Positions 46,232-59,823 of a stretch of DNA of 64,000 bases are shown in pieces. A model generated the notes under the pieces. That model saw only the letters and a program-made list of their open reading frames with translations, was not told the origin of the DNA and made no database searches. The position numbers were made by a program, and so were the translations under genes. Within the stretch, counting starts at the first letter, position 1; the number at the start of each line of letters is the position of its first letter. Source of the stretch: the human T2T-CHM13v2.0 reference genome, Homo sapiens. The stretch lies in the NCBI RefSeq assembly GCF_009914755.1, contig NC_060926.1, one strand, 5' to 3'.

Positions 46232-46961
46232 ATAATTAATGATCTTAGCTTCCATTTTGGGAAGCTAGAGGAAGAAGACCAATTAAAGACTAAAGCAAGT
46301 GGAAAAAAAGCAATAATAAAATTTAGAGAAGAAATCAATAGAACTAAGAACGGGAAATGGAGAAAAATCAATGAAACCAAAAACTTGTTCTTTTTAAAAA
46401 TCAATCAGATAGATAGACCTCCAGTCAAGCAAAACAAGAAAAAAAAAAGATACTGCAAATTGTTAATATCAGAAAAGTAAAAAGGAGCTATCACTAATGA
46501 TTTCTTGGACGTTAAGAAGATAATAACATAATATTATGACTAACTCTATGAAAACAATTTTGATCACTTCAAGGAAATGGATCTTTACAACAAATGGCGC
46601 TAGAATAATTGGGTGCCTGTAAGCATCCTGCCACCCCACAAAACTAGATCCAGACCTTACACCTTTCACAAAAATCAACTGAATCATACACCTGTATGTA
46701 AAATATAAAACTATGAAACTTCTTGGATTAAAAAAAAAAGACAATCTTAAATTTGGCAATAACTTTAAGATACAATACCAAGAGCACAACATAATCCATA
46801 AAAGAAAATACTGATACATCTGACTTCACTAAAATCTTTTTAAAAAAGAAAACACTTCAGCTCTGTCAAAAAAAGTGTTGTGAAAAAAATAAAAATAAGT
46901 CACAGACTGGGAAAGAATATTTGCAAAAACTATGTGTGACAAATGATTTATACCCAAAATA

Positions 46962-47956
46962 CAGCTGACCCTTGAACAACTCAGATTTCAGCTATACAGT
47001 TTCACTTATATAAAAATTTTTTTCAAGAAGTATTTTGGAAAATTCGTTAGAGATTTGTGACAATTTGAAATAAACTACTAGATGAACAATATAACATAGA
47101 AATACTGAAAAAATTAAGACAAATTTAAACATGTAATGAATACATAAAAATATATATAAATACTAGTCTATTTTATCATTTACTACTATAAAATGTACAT
47201 AAATCAGTTATTCAGAGTTAAAATTTATCAAAATGTACACATATAAACACAGATTGCATATGATACCATTAACCATTGAAAGAAATGTAAACAAATGTAA
47301 AGATGCAATATTAAATGTTAACTGCATAAAAGTATAGTACACACTGTATTGCTCTCATCAATTCATAGTCACTTCCTGTTGGTATCACAATGAGTGCGTA
47401 TTGCATGCATCTGCTTAAAACATCTTGCGAAGCTCATATTCTGCTCATGAGCAATTCTTCTCTCCACTAAATTGCATATGCAAGTAAAAAGTGATCGCTT
47501 GCAGTTCTTACATATTTTTCATCATGTTTAATGCAACATCTTAAACCTAAAATAACACCGTGAGACCCATATGAAGTGCCACTGGTGATGCTGAAAGTGC
47601 TTTCAGAGAGCAGAGAAAAGTCATGACATTACAAGAAAAAATTGAATTGCTTGATATGTACCATAGATTGAAGACTGCAGGTGCAGAGACAGAAAGTTAC
47701 AGTATCAATAAACACTGTACAGTACTGTAAATGTATTGTCTCTTCCTTATGATTTTCTTTATAACATTTTCTTTTCTCTAGCTTACCTTATTGGAAGAAT
47801 GCAATGTATGACACATATGCAAATATGTTAATTGAAGATTTATTTTCTTGACAAGGCTATTAGTAGTAAAGTTTTGGGGGAGTCAAAAGTTATACATGAA
47901 TTTTTGACAATGCAGGGAGTTGGCACTCCATCCCAGTTATGTTCAAGGATCAACTG
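46962..47956 (+). mobile_element. Tigger2-family (Tigger2b-like) non-autonomous DNA transposon
   Basis: TIRs cagctgacccttgaaca...tgttcaaggatcaactg with TA on both sides. Transposase N-terminal remnant KVMTLQEKIELLDMYHRL at about 47617-47670. Confidence 0.88.
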
Positions 47957-49263
47957 TACTCAAATAACTATTTCAACAGTAAGAAAACAACAATGTAGTT
48001 AAAAATAGACAAAATATGTCAACATGTACCTCACCAAAATACATACACATGTCAACTAAGCATATAAAAATATGCTCAAAATATTTATCATTAGTGAATC
48101 AAAGTTAAAACTAAATCGAGATAGAGCTCCTAAACTATTAGAGTGACTAAAATAAAAAAAAATCCTGATGAGGATGTAGAACAACATGACTTCTTGAATG
48201 AGGGTTTACTGGTAGAAATGCAAAATGGTATATCCAATTTGGAAGATTCTTGAGCAATTTCTTACCAAGCTAAACATGGTGTTTACCATTTTATTCAAAA
48301 TTTTGCTTTTAGGTATTTACCAATTGATTTGAAAACTTATGTTCACAAAAAATCTGAACACAAATGTTTATGGTGCTGTATTCCTGATTGCCCAAAACAA
48401 GAAGCAATCAAAGTGTCCTCCATTAAGTTAATGAGCAAGCAAACTTATTACATTCATACAATGGAATATTATTCACTGATAGAAAGAAACTATCAAGGAA
48501 AAATCAAAATTGACATATTTATCCTTGAACTTCATATTGTCAATGAAAGAAGCCAGTTTGAAAAGGTTACATAATCTATGGTACCAATTCTATGACATTC
48601 TAAAGAAGAAAAGACTATAGACACAGTAAACTCATGAGTGGTAGTCAGATGTTCAAGGTAAGAAGAGAGGGATAATAAATAGGTGGAACATCAGGGATTT
48701 TTCAAGAGGGAGAACTATTTTATATGATTGTGTAATTGTGGATACATAATATTATACATTTGTCAAAATATATAGAACTTTATATGGTACAAAGAGTGAA
48801 CCTTATTGTATACAAATTAGAATAACAATAAAGGTTTGAGACATTCCAGGAAGAAATGCAGATTGTGATAAGAGAATCTAATGCTATTACAAACACATAA
48901 AACAATCTCAGTGAAGGAGGTATTGGGGAAAGTTGCTGGCCTACATGACTTTGGAAATGAGTGGAGTTTATAACAGTAATAGCAAAAGGAATGACACGTC
49001 AGCACTGTATTCTAGTTGATTGAATTGTTTCCCACAGGGGTACTGGATAACAATTCCCATACTGCTATTACTGTACACTTATTGAACAATTCAGTAAATG
49101 GATGGCAGATGGTAAGAGCTAGATTTCTCACTGTTGGAGTGGGAATTTATAGATACACAAAGGGAGGAGACTAGAAAGATACATGTGATAATGGATTAAA
49201 GATGGAGACACCAGTAATAACTGGTGTTTAGATTAATATAGTTACAGATGTTTATCTATGGAA

Positions 49264-49264
<1 letters not shown>

Positions 49265-49292
<28 letters not shown>
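49265..49292 (+). repeat. (TG)n microsatellite
   Basis: About 14 TG units. Confidence 0.95.
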
Positions 49293-49297
<5 letters not shown>

Positions 49298-50489
49298 ACA
49301 GGTTAGTATATATATTTCTTTCTTTGCCCACCCTGACAAACTAAACAAAACAACACTTCATTAGCAATGAGCACACCTAGTACCCAGATCTTGGCTTCTA
49401 ATACCATTCTCCAATAACAACAACAACAAAAAAAGAGGCGTTTGAAAAAATGCCTGATTCTAAGACTGAGAAAAAAAATATGTAAGATGAGCCTGAAGCA
49501 TGTAATAGTTCCAGAAATATGGCGTGTTCAAAAAGAACAGCAGCAACCACTTTGATGTAAGTCAGTCAAAGGAGCACGGGAACCCCCTGAAAGTGCTCCC
49601 ATGAGACAAAACTAGAACCATTTGCGCAAAAAGCGAAGTACTGAATTATAACTCAAAGTACAAAATAAATATCATAATCCATACTGATATCAGTGGGACT
49701 TAATAGATAAGTGGGAAAAAGAGATGAGTTTCCCATGGAGAAGAATTACAAATAATTGATATAGTCTGTCGTCCACGAGGGAGAACATAACTCTTCACTT
49801 TTCAAGTGCAGAGGACACATGGAGTCTTCCTTCCAAAGTTCAATGTGGAAAATAGAGTGGAGAGGAGAATTAGTAATTTTACAATGAGAAAGCCTGACAG
49901 GCACTACGTTAGCCAAGTGTTCAAAGTCAACATCAACAGTCATGAATCATACTGGTATTATGTGTCCTTCATGTGATGAAAATGACACTCTCTGTAATCT
50001 TCCTACCCAAGCCTCATAACCCCAGTCTAACCACGAGTAAAATAGCAGACAAATCCCAATGGAAAGAAATTCTACGCTGTCTCTGACCTATATTTCTCAC
50101 AACTGTGAAGGACATGAAAACAAGAAAAAGCGTGAGAAACTATCACAGCCAGAAGGAACATAAGGAGACATCCTGACTAGATGCATTGTATTATGCTTAA
50201 TGGAACCCTGGAACAGAAAAAGGACATTAGGTGAAGACTGAAGAGATCCAAATAGGCTCTGGACTTTAGTTAATAACAATCTAACAATAGTATTTCATTA
50301 ATTATAGGAAATGTACCATAATGCAAGATGTTAATAAAGGAGACACTCTGTGTTTGACTACATGAGAACTCTCTGTACTACCCTCTCAGTTTTTCTGTAA
50401 ATCTAAACTTTTCTAAAAATAAAACCTACTAAGAAACAATCACAAAATAGCCATGCTAAAGGACTTTATATGGCAGCTTATTTCACCAC

Positions 50490-50620
50490 TGTCTCATTTA
50501 TTCCAACTATGTCTCAGTTTTCTTTACTTTTAAACTTCAATAATTATTTCATAGGGCTGTTGGGAGGATTAAAATCTCACAGTGCAGTTCCTGGCACAAA
50601 GTAGAAGGCCAATAATTATT
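50490..50620 (+). mobile_element. MIR fragment
   Basis: gtctcagttttc...tcatagggctgttgggaggattaaa...cagttcctggcacaaagtag. Confidence 0.7.
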
Positions 50621-50907
50621 TCTACGCTTCCATGGCTAAAAACATTTTAGAGTTGTGGTGTTAGAATTGCCATCAGAGCCATATAGAAAAAATCAGTTTC
50701 ATAAATTACGCTAAGATCAAGATTTGAACCAAATGGTACTTGAAAAGCATGATCATATATTAATTTGATTTACATGTTAATTTATTTTTATTATTTTCAA
50801 ATACTAAATTTGCCACAATTAAAATGAATCAATGTATTTTAAAACAACTGCCTTGGAAACATTGACAGGAATCTAAACCACTACATGAGACGTATTAATA
50901 ACATATA

Positions 50908-51131
50908 TTTTGGAGTTGGGAAGATCTGAATTCAAATAAAACTATGTTTCTTAGCATCTTGTGCTTTTTGACTAAGTTATTTATCTTCTCTAAGCCTCAG
51001 GGATTTTTTAAAATCTTAAAACAAAGATAATTTTTGCAGCATTTTGTGAAAAGTAAATGCAGTAGTGCTCATTAGGCAGTTAGCACGGTCCTTGGCACAT
51101 GGTAAAGCCATAATATGCTATTATTATTATT
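50908..51131 (+). mobile_element. MIR
   Basis: aagttatttatcttctctaagcctcag...ttagcacggtccttggcacatggtaa...tattattattatt. Confidence 0.8.
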
Positions 51132-52077
51132 CTTATGTTAGCTTACAGATCGTATTTTTCCATTAAATATTTTACAATTACAAAAATATAAAATTATTAT
51201 ATAGTACAAATATGTTAACTAAAGTGAAGGGCTGTGGTATGATTTTTAAAAAAATTTCTAAAGTAGATAATAATTATGAAACTAGAACTGGACACAGGTT
51301 TTCTTTCTTTCAGACAGGTGATCTATTAAAAAAATATAATTATTTATGTTTCCAAAATATTGGTAGAACAAATGTAGACAGAACCAACATTATTTCTTTT
51401 TTATATCTTCATGTTGCTTTTTATAAAGAGCTCAGAAATTATGTTATCTCAGTAATGATGTAGAAACCACACATATGGTTTCTTCTTTACGTACATTTTG
51501 GAATTAGTTTCCTGCAATCTCAACTTTACTATATTCACAAAATAATAAATGAGAGAAAGAGATGTGAATACATCTGGCTCCGCAAAGCCCCTTTTCTGAT
51601 AAACTCCATGTCCAATGGAACAGAAATATCACCAATCAAGGAGGGGTTTTTGTAAATTTTTAACATTTTAGCAATATTGACTTATAATCACCATTCATCA
51701 ACACTAACAGATCAGAGTGCATGAATTATATTATATGCCTTTTTCTGTATCTGCATAACTCTGGTTAACTGATTTCACAACCTTTTAAACACAAATCTTA
51801 AAACATTTTATAGCAAAACAACTAGGCTTGACGTTACACAATGTAACAGGTCTTTGTAGTAAGTAAATAGGGTGGTAAGTGGTTACATATGGCAGCCCAT
51901 TCAAAACTGGAACTGCTCATCCCATTTGATGTTATTCACTTTGTTTTATAATGTGTATTCTTGCTAACAGTGTGTGACTGGATCTTTTTTGGTTTCAGTA
52001 TTTTCGCTTGGGATTAGAGCTTTCATATTTCATAGACAAATCTAAGAAACAACTATATCGCTATCATGAAATCTTTT

Positions 52078-52115
52078 TCTTCCCCAGGGAAAGTCTCCCA
52101 CCATTGACTCAGCCA
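52078..52115. promoter_or_regulatory. Compact TF-site cluster: EBF palindrome, kB-like site, AP-1/ARE
   Basis: TCCCCAGGGA 52081-52090; GGGAAAGTCTCC 52087-52098; TGACTCAGC 52105-52113. Confidence 0.35.
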
Positions 52116-54111
52116 TATAATTCACTAAACATCAGTTGTCCAAGCACTGTTGGTTAAAAATTATTTTTACATTGTATGTAAACTTGAAAATTTAAGCCAA
52201 AATGAGAGAGAGAGTGAGAGAGAGCAAGAGAGAGAGAAGATAATGTCTTCCAGATGACGGCTTTCTGGATGAAACTTGAAGCCTGAAGCAAGAGAAAATT
52301 TTCATTACCATTCAGATTACATGTCATTTTGATTCACACTCCCTAAGCAAGCTAATTTGGTCGGCAGCCAACCTTCTCGCAGTGTGATGACAACACAACA
52401 AGCTTCACCGCCTTCCTTTCAGTGCTAATGATTCCTTGAGTGACAGCCATGGTCTCAGAGCTCCGCGTGACACCTCACCCTGCTGCGCCTGCAATGTCAG
52501 AGCTGCTGCTGTCCTGGGCTCCTGCTCATGGTCCTGGCAAGGACAGCCTGTGACTTCAGGAACATGCCAGCTGCCGTCACCCCACCCACCTGCATACCTA
52601 TACACACACAGGGGCCCCTGGTGCTCACCTCTCCACACTGCATGTTCTCAGGACAATATCACTGGGATGAAATAAACTGTGGTAGTAACTGGGTGCCTCT
52701 GAGGACCTCTCCCCTCTCCCCTCGGGGCAAGGGAGCTCAGCCATCTTCTCACCATGGACTCACGCAAGCCATGAATTCTTTGTTGTGCTATAAGCGATTA
52801 TGTTAGGTTCGAATGTCACCCTTTTTAAAATTTATTTTTATTTTTAATTTTCATTTACTCTGTTTTGAAAAATATCTTTTTCAATAGATATATTTTTTCT
52901 CAAAAATCAAAATATTGTGTTGACTTGTTTGTTTTCATATTTAAGGTAGGCAAACACCCTTGTCCCAAAGTCCTGCTACCTGATAGTGTTTGGAGTTATG
53001 AGAAGAACAATGACCTTTATTTCCATTCTAGAAAGGAGTCTGTCAATGCTTGTTTGGGGTGGGAACATAAACACTAAGATATGATGTGTACGAGGTGGAC
53101 GTCATGTTCGAATTCCCTATGGTATTCCCAGTGAAAGAACGCCTGCACGTGAGAGTGTTCCACAGCCATTGGATGAGTGAACGAAAGAAGGAAGGTGACT
53201 ATCTCCTTGTGAATGTGGCTATCTCGTTATGAATGTGGCTGTTTCATTTCTGGCTGGGAGTTACCAGAATCACTTGCAAGTTCAGAAAGCATGCTTGTCG
53301 CTTGGTCTGTGACTTCTTCACTGAATCCCTGTTCATCCACTCACCGAGATATGAACCTTGCCTTCAAATAATGGAATATTAAAAGGAGTTTTTACCCAGA
53401 CACTAGTTCTCTTGCCCTATAACAAGCCCCAGTTTGTGTCTGAATTCATTTATTCACTTCCTGGAAGGCTAAGGGTCCCAACAGCGTGGAAGTCACAGTG
53501 CTGGGATACTGGCTACACAGGTGGGCACAGGTGAGCAGGGTAGGCCTCTGGTGTTCTGGGACTTTGCATCTAATCAAAGATATTGAAAAGCTCATTATGG
53601 TTTGAAGGTGTTAGGGCAGAGGAATGTCTAATCTGAAGTATGAGAAATTAAGTGTTGGTCAGAGAGGTAGGTGTGGAAGGCTGGGGTGGAGCCGCCTGCC
53701 TCCTCCCAGAAGCTGTTCATGGAAGACCTTCACTCCCATGACCTTGCAGAGCATCTGTTTCTCTGCAATCAAATTTGAGATTCTGGGTAGCAAAGAACAC
53801 GCACAAATACATGATTTACTAATGAAAATAATTCTACTCTTTTTCTATAAGTCAGTGGTATATATCAGTGATCTGGTGTAGGAAATTAGATGGGTATGTA
53901 TTGATAGAAAGCAAAATCTACTAAGGGGGTATTGTTGGTCCAGTTTCTAAGAAGTTATGACATATTTTATGTAAATATTCTTTTTTACTCCCACCATGGT
54001 GATTTAGTAGTTAGTTCTCTATTTTTCTCATTTTTTAGGATGAATATGTAAGAGGGAATTGAGATTGGGGAGGAGAGAATAATACCTTTCCCATTAGAAA
54101 TGTTTTTCTTT

Positions 54112-54722
<611 letters not shown>

Positions 54723-54824
54723 TTTTTTTTTTTTTTTCTTTTAGCTTATGGGAAAATATGGAAAAATATGGAAAGACTAATTTATTTGGAATCAAAATAA
54801 TTACAGCCAACCACTGATCCACAA

Positions 54825-54980
54825 TTTATTAGATTGCTTAAATTTTTGTCCTTGCTAAAACTTTATATTCACATCTGTAAAATGGTAACAACAATAATGC
54901 CTATTTATAGAGACGCTTTTAGGATTACATAAGCTGATTTGAGCACTCGGTATGTTATTAAACACTAAACATAATTCATT
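54825..54980 (+). mobile_element. MIR
   Basis: cacatctgtaaaatggtaacaacaataatgcct...aggattacataag. Confidence 0.7.
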
Positions 54981-55874
54981 TTTGTCTTCAAATCATGTAA
55001 TGTTCCTGTCATTACACAGTTAAAGAAAGACGTATTGGAATTAAAATTAAGAGCTGTTTTCCTCAATGTATATTTTATTACAATTTCCCCAAGGTGAAGC
55101 TATTTAAAAAATGTCTATAATGTTTTTAAGTCAAATGTTACAATACAGAGGAGAAGATCAGTGGATGCAGAGAAGTCTGAACATTGTGGACATTAGAGCT
55201 TTTAATACATTCCCAATCTTGGTGTTTTCCAAATGCATCAATAGTTTACAAGAGTTTGTGAGGGACAAGGATAATTAACTTGCAGGATAAACAAATTTAT
55301 TTTGGTTCAGGGCCACAACATACAAATGGCTAGCTCACACAATGTGAAAATTTAAGTTCAAGCAATGCTCCACAGGAGCACCTCTGTGGAAGTTTGACTT
55401 TAGTACTTTTGAGGGTTTTTCTAAGACTTTTCTCTTGTATCCACTACCCTTCTAAGACGTAGCTTCAAAGGCAATGATGACATTTAACCTTCATATTCAA
55501 GGGGATGTTTCCTGTTTTATATGTTTACTTAAACTGATGACTAGGAAGCATTTGTTTGTGCATGTGTAGACGTAGTCTAGATCCAGAAAGAGAAAATTAA
55601 GATGGCTGCAGGAAGAAACATGAGACCATAGTAATGAGAATGGTCTTCAAATATAGAGAAGATAAAATGTGTTCTCTAGGATTTCAAAGGGTGAATGTTA
55701 GAAAACATTCTTTTAATGTAAAGAATTACTTTAGAAAAAAGGACAGTTTTCCGAAATTGAATTAGATGGTTGCAGTGGTAAGTTACAAGGTGTTACAACT
55801 CTTGGAGAGCAGACCAGCTCCCAGCTCTTACAAAGGGCATCCAATTCTGGGTCCATATATCAGGCAGGGCTACG

Positions 55875-56036
55875 ATTTAAAGTGTTCTCAATCTAGTTTA
55901 AGGATGCCTTGCTCCCAGCCGCAAAGATTCAGATTCTCCTGCTCCGGGTTAGGGCCTCACTGTGTTTAGTTCTAAACAATGATTAGAATAAGCTTCCCAG
56001 GTCATTCTAATGTGCACTCAAGATTGAGCACACCTA
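55875..56036. mobile_element. MER5-like hAT-Charlie MITE
   Basis: agattcagattc...agggcc...aagcttcccaggtcattctaatgtgcactcaagattgag. Confidence 0.6.
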
Positions 56037-58419
56037 CGTTAGTTGATTTCTAGAACTGTTTCTCATTGGATGAATCTGGGGTTTTTTGTGGGCACTTGCA
56101 TGAATCTAGGTTAAAACAATTGAACATAGTTGGGTATCAATCTGGGCTGTCCACACGGCAAAGCAGTCCTAATGCAAAACACTGGCATTGATTGATAGAT
56201 TTTTAATAGAGGGTGGATTTGTGCTTTGATCATTACTGCTCTATTCAGGAGACAAGTCAAAGCGAAGTCCTCTGGTCTCTGCCTCAAATAGAGACAGAGA
56301 CTGACAGTTCTGGGCCTCCCAACTTCCCCAGGAAGATGATCTTCATAGAACAGTGCCAGCAACACTGCCCCAGTAACTGTGACAGAGAAAAGGTTATGAG
56401 ATGCATTCACTTACTCAGTGTACTGAAGGACTGCAGAAGCCAGAATGGATTTCATTAAAACTACCCCATTCCCAGAGCCTGTTAGCAGCAACTAGGAAAC
56501 ATCATTCTCAACACAGTGGGGAAAATCCTGTCATTTTGTGGTGGAAGCAAGATGTGAATTTTGACATCTCCAGTGGCCGTGTGTGTCTGTGTGTGTGTGT
56601 TTGTTACAACCTCATTTCTCTGTAACTGTGTTTCCCAGACTTCATGACACCAGGTCTTGGCATAATCCCCACCCTCCCTGAACATTTGCTTCAACTGAGA
56701 ATTAGGCGTTTTATTTTCTAGATCCTTATTGTCGTTTTTTGGATGTAAATTTGCATTAAGCTATTTCTGTGTAAATAGAATTTTGACATAATAGGAGCAC
56801 CAGCAAGGACTGGCGTTGCTGCTGGCACATCATTTCAAATCCATCTATCCTACACTGTGGCTTAATTTAAAGGCTGGATTACTTGAAAATGCATTTATTA
56901 AGTCTGACCTACTTTTTAAATATTTAATATTCCATTTTGGTTTCCTTGCAACAAGAGAAGCTTCAAGGTCTTCATGTTCTTGCCAATTTTTAAAGCATTG
57001 ATATTGATTCAGATAATAAGACCCTGCACAGACACAGTGTACGGACTCACCGTCCCTGCACCACTTTCAAGAGTGGTATTTAAAGCAATTAGGAGCTCAC
57101 AAGATCTTACTGGTACTTGGGTGTCCCCAAGGACCTGCCTGCCTTTGTCCCTTATGAAATTTCTCCTCTTTCCCTTTCTTTATGTACGTGACTGAGCTAT
57201 CAATAAAAAATAATAGCAAGCAAAAAATCCCTGATCCATAACAGGAAAAGTAATCACTATCTTATCTTTCAAGAATGGAACCTGTTTACAGCTTAGTTAA
57301 GGCTTATTCTTTTCATCAAAAAGTATTCTGACTTGAAGAATAATAGACATACAAGCAAGATATAAATACAAATTGTTGAGAATGGGAGGGAAGTAAGCAG
57401 GGAGAATATGAAATATTATATGCAATGAAAATTGTGAAATGTAAGCAATATTTGTACATGTATATTGCTTATGTATATTGCTTACTTCACTGTAAAAATA
57501 CTAGGGTATCATACATTGAGAACATCAATAAAAGAGAATTTAAAATAGAGGTGGAATTAAGGGTGAAAGAACATAAGAAGGTAGAATAGCTTGCAGCTAG
57601 TGTTAATCCAGCACAGAAAAATACTTAGCGCAGAATTTTGTACTACATAAAGTTCCCTAGCAGCCAAAGGAAAGACAAAATATGACAATTACATTAATTA
57701 ACTCTTCATAAGAGTGGAGCAAACAAGTTTCTCAAAAGCGCAGCTGTTTTTGATCCTAGTCTCATAGCGAGTTTCTCCAGTAGATCCACTTGAGAGGAAT
57801 ATTTGTGATCTGAACAACTAACCCATCAACTTGCCAATAACGAACGTGATCAGGGTTTCAGAGGTGAAAAATATTTTTTTTTTTACGTTAGAATTCTCTA
57901 ACAAGGCACAAACTCATACTTTGCTTCGGTGATAGAAAGGAAATAAGTAGTGTTGAGTTTTGCTATGACATCTGAGATTATTTCTCCAACTCAAAAGTTG
58001 AAAGAAGGAGGCAGTGGTAGAGGTGAGGGGATTATTGCTCAGCGCCTGCAGTGAAAAAATGCTGTGTGTCAGGCAGGCTGGTAATGACATGTTTTAAAAT
58101 AGCAAAGGACTTTGTTTTTATTTCCTGCAGAGTTTGAAAACACCTTTGGCTAGCCATGTGTGGAAAGAGAGAGTAACTCATACAAATACTTCAATAAAAG
58201 ACAATGCAATTTTCCGACATATCTTTGTCTTAAACAAAATAATCATGGAGATAAATTAACATGGACGTGTTTCTAGAACTAGGACTGAGCCCTTTTGAAG
58301 AGCTTACTCTTTGTGACAGCACAAACTGTCAAAGTTATAATAGTTTTAAAGTAATATTTTTACTATTTTTTGTTGGAATAGAATTAATGCATGTTCTCTT
58401 TTTCCATTGCTTGTAGTAG

Positions 58420-58960
58420 CTTTTATTCAATGATTGCAAACTGTATGTGAATTCCTGCCCCACAAAGTATAAGTGTATTCTTTACAAAATAGAATTTAAT
58501 TATTTTTAAAAATTTGAACAATTCTTCCTCTCATACTATTAAACTTTTAGATGATCACAACTTTTGAGTACAATGGTACTCTTGCCATGTTTTACTACAT
58601 ACCGATATTTCTTGCCTGGCGCATTGGCTGGAACTTGAGGAGCAATGTTGAATTAAATGGTGATCGTGTGCCTGATTGTGGATGATTTTAATAGGAATTC
58701 CTTTGTGTCTCACATTAATTAGCATACTTGAAACCAGTTTGGGATATATTCCATTTTTCATAGTAAGATATCTCTCCTGCATGTCAAGTTTACTGACATC
58801 TCCTTTAATCAGGAAAATATTTTATATTTTAAAATTAATTTAATACCACTCAAAAAGATGGATTTCCTCTTCTATTACTTAGATGGATTATGCACAATAA
58901 TTGGGAAATATGCAACAATATCTTTGTAGTATTGGGGCATCTTTGTAATCTTGAAATTGT

Positions 58961-58992
<32 letters not shown>

Positions 58993-59810
58993 ATTTGCAT
59001 CCATGCAGGTATAGATATAAAGGTTATATAAGTCTCTGTCAGCTCTGCCTGTTTTAACAAATTACCATAGACTAAGTGGCAAGGACATTTATTTTTCACA
59101 GTTCTGGAGGCTGGAAGTCTGAGATCAGGCTGTCGGCAGATTTGGTTCTTGGTGAGGGTTCCTTCCTGGCTTGCAGATGAGGCCTGCTCACAATGCTGTC
59201 CCATGACAGAGAGAGACAGACAGAGGAAGCAGGCTCTCTCAAGGCTCTTAGGGAATGAACCCCATCATGAAGGCTCTGCTCTCATGACCTGATACTTCCC
59301 GAAGAACTTACCTCCATATATCATCACACTGGGAGTTAGGGATGCAACTTATGAATTTGGGGCTTGTGGAGGGGCATAAACATCCTGTCCATAATAGTCT
59401 TCTTAAGATTATTGATCTTTTCTTATGCTTTGAAACTCAAAATTCTTTGAAGAATGTAGAAAACTCCTGAAATATATGGACCAGACCTTTTTTATTGTAG
59501 AATTCTTCTTTATCTTTATGATTATTTACGTTCTCCTAGTAAAAATATTTTCAGGGCACTTTCAAATATATTAACATAAAATTTATATGGCACATAACAT
59601 TTATGAAATTTTCTTAAAAATGTGTTTCCTCTAGAATTGTGATTTTTATCCTGTTACTTGTCAAACTCCCTTATCTGTGTGTTTTCCCAATTATTTTTAT
59701 TTAATAAGTAGAAAATTTGTCACTGTCTCAAATTGATCTTTTGTGTGGCATGAGCCATTCCACTTTGTTAATTTTCACTGTTGTTTTTGATGTTTTTCTT
59801 AATTTGAATT
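58420..59810 (-). mobile_element. Old L1ME-type ORF2, antisense, interrupted by MLT1A; (TG)n at about 58959-58992
   Basis: cttgcctggcgcattggctggaact...aatgttgaat...tgcctgattgtggatgattttaatagga, degenerate antisense RT region. Confidence 0.5.
59031..59397 (-). mobile_element. MLT1A-like MaLR solo LTR
   Basis: tttcacagttctggaggctggaagtctgagatcagg...catcacactgggagttagg...acatcctgtccataata. Confidence 0.85.
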
Positions 59811-59823
59811 TATTTCCTAGGCA

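Noticed and set aside
47570-47690. Transposase helix-turn-helix peptide as a domesticated gene
   Set aside because: Short, truncated remnant inside a non-autonomous Tigger2 element.
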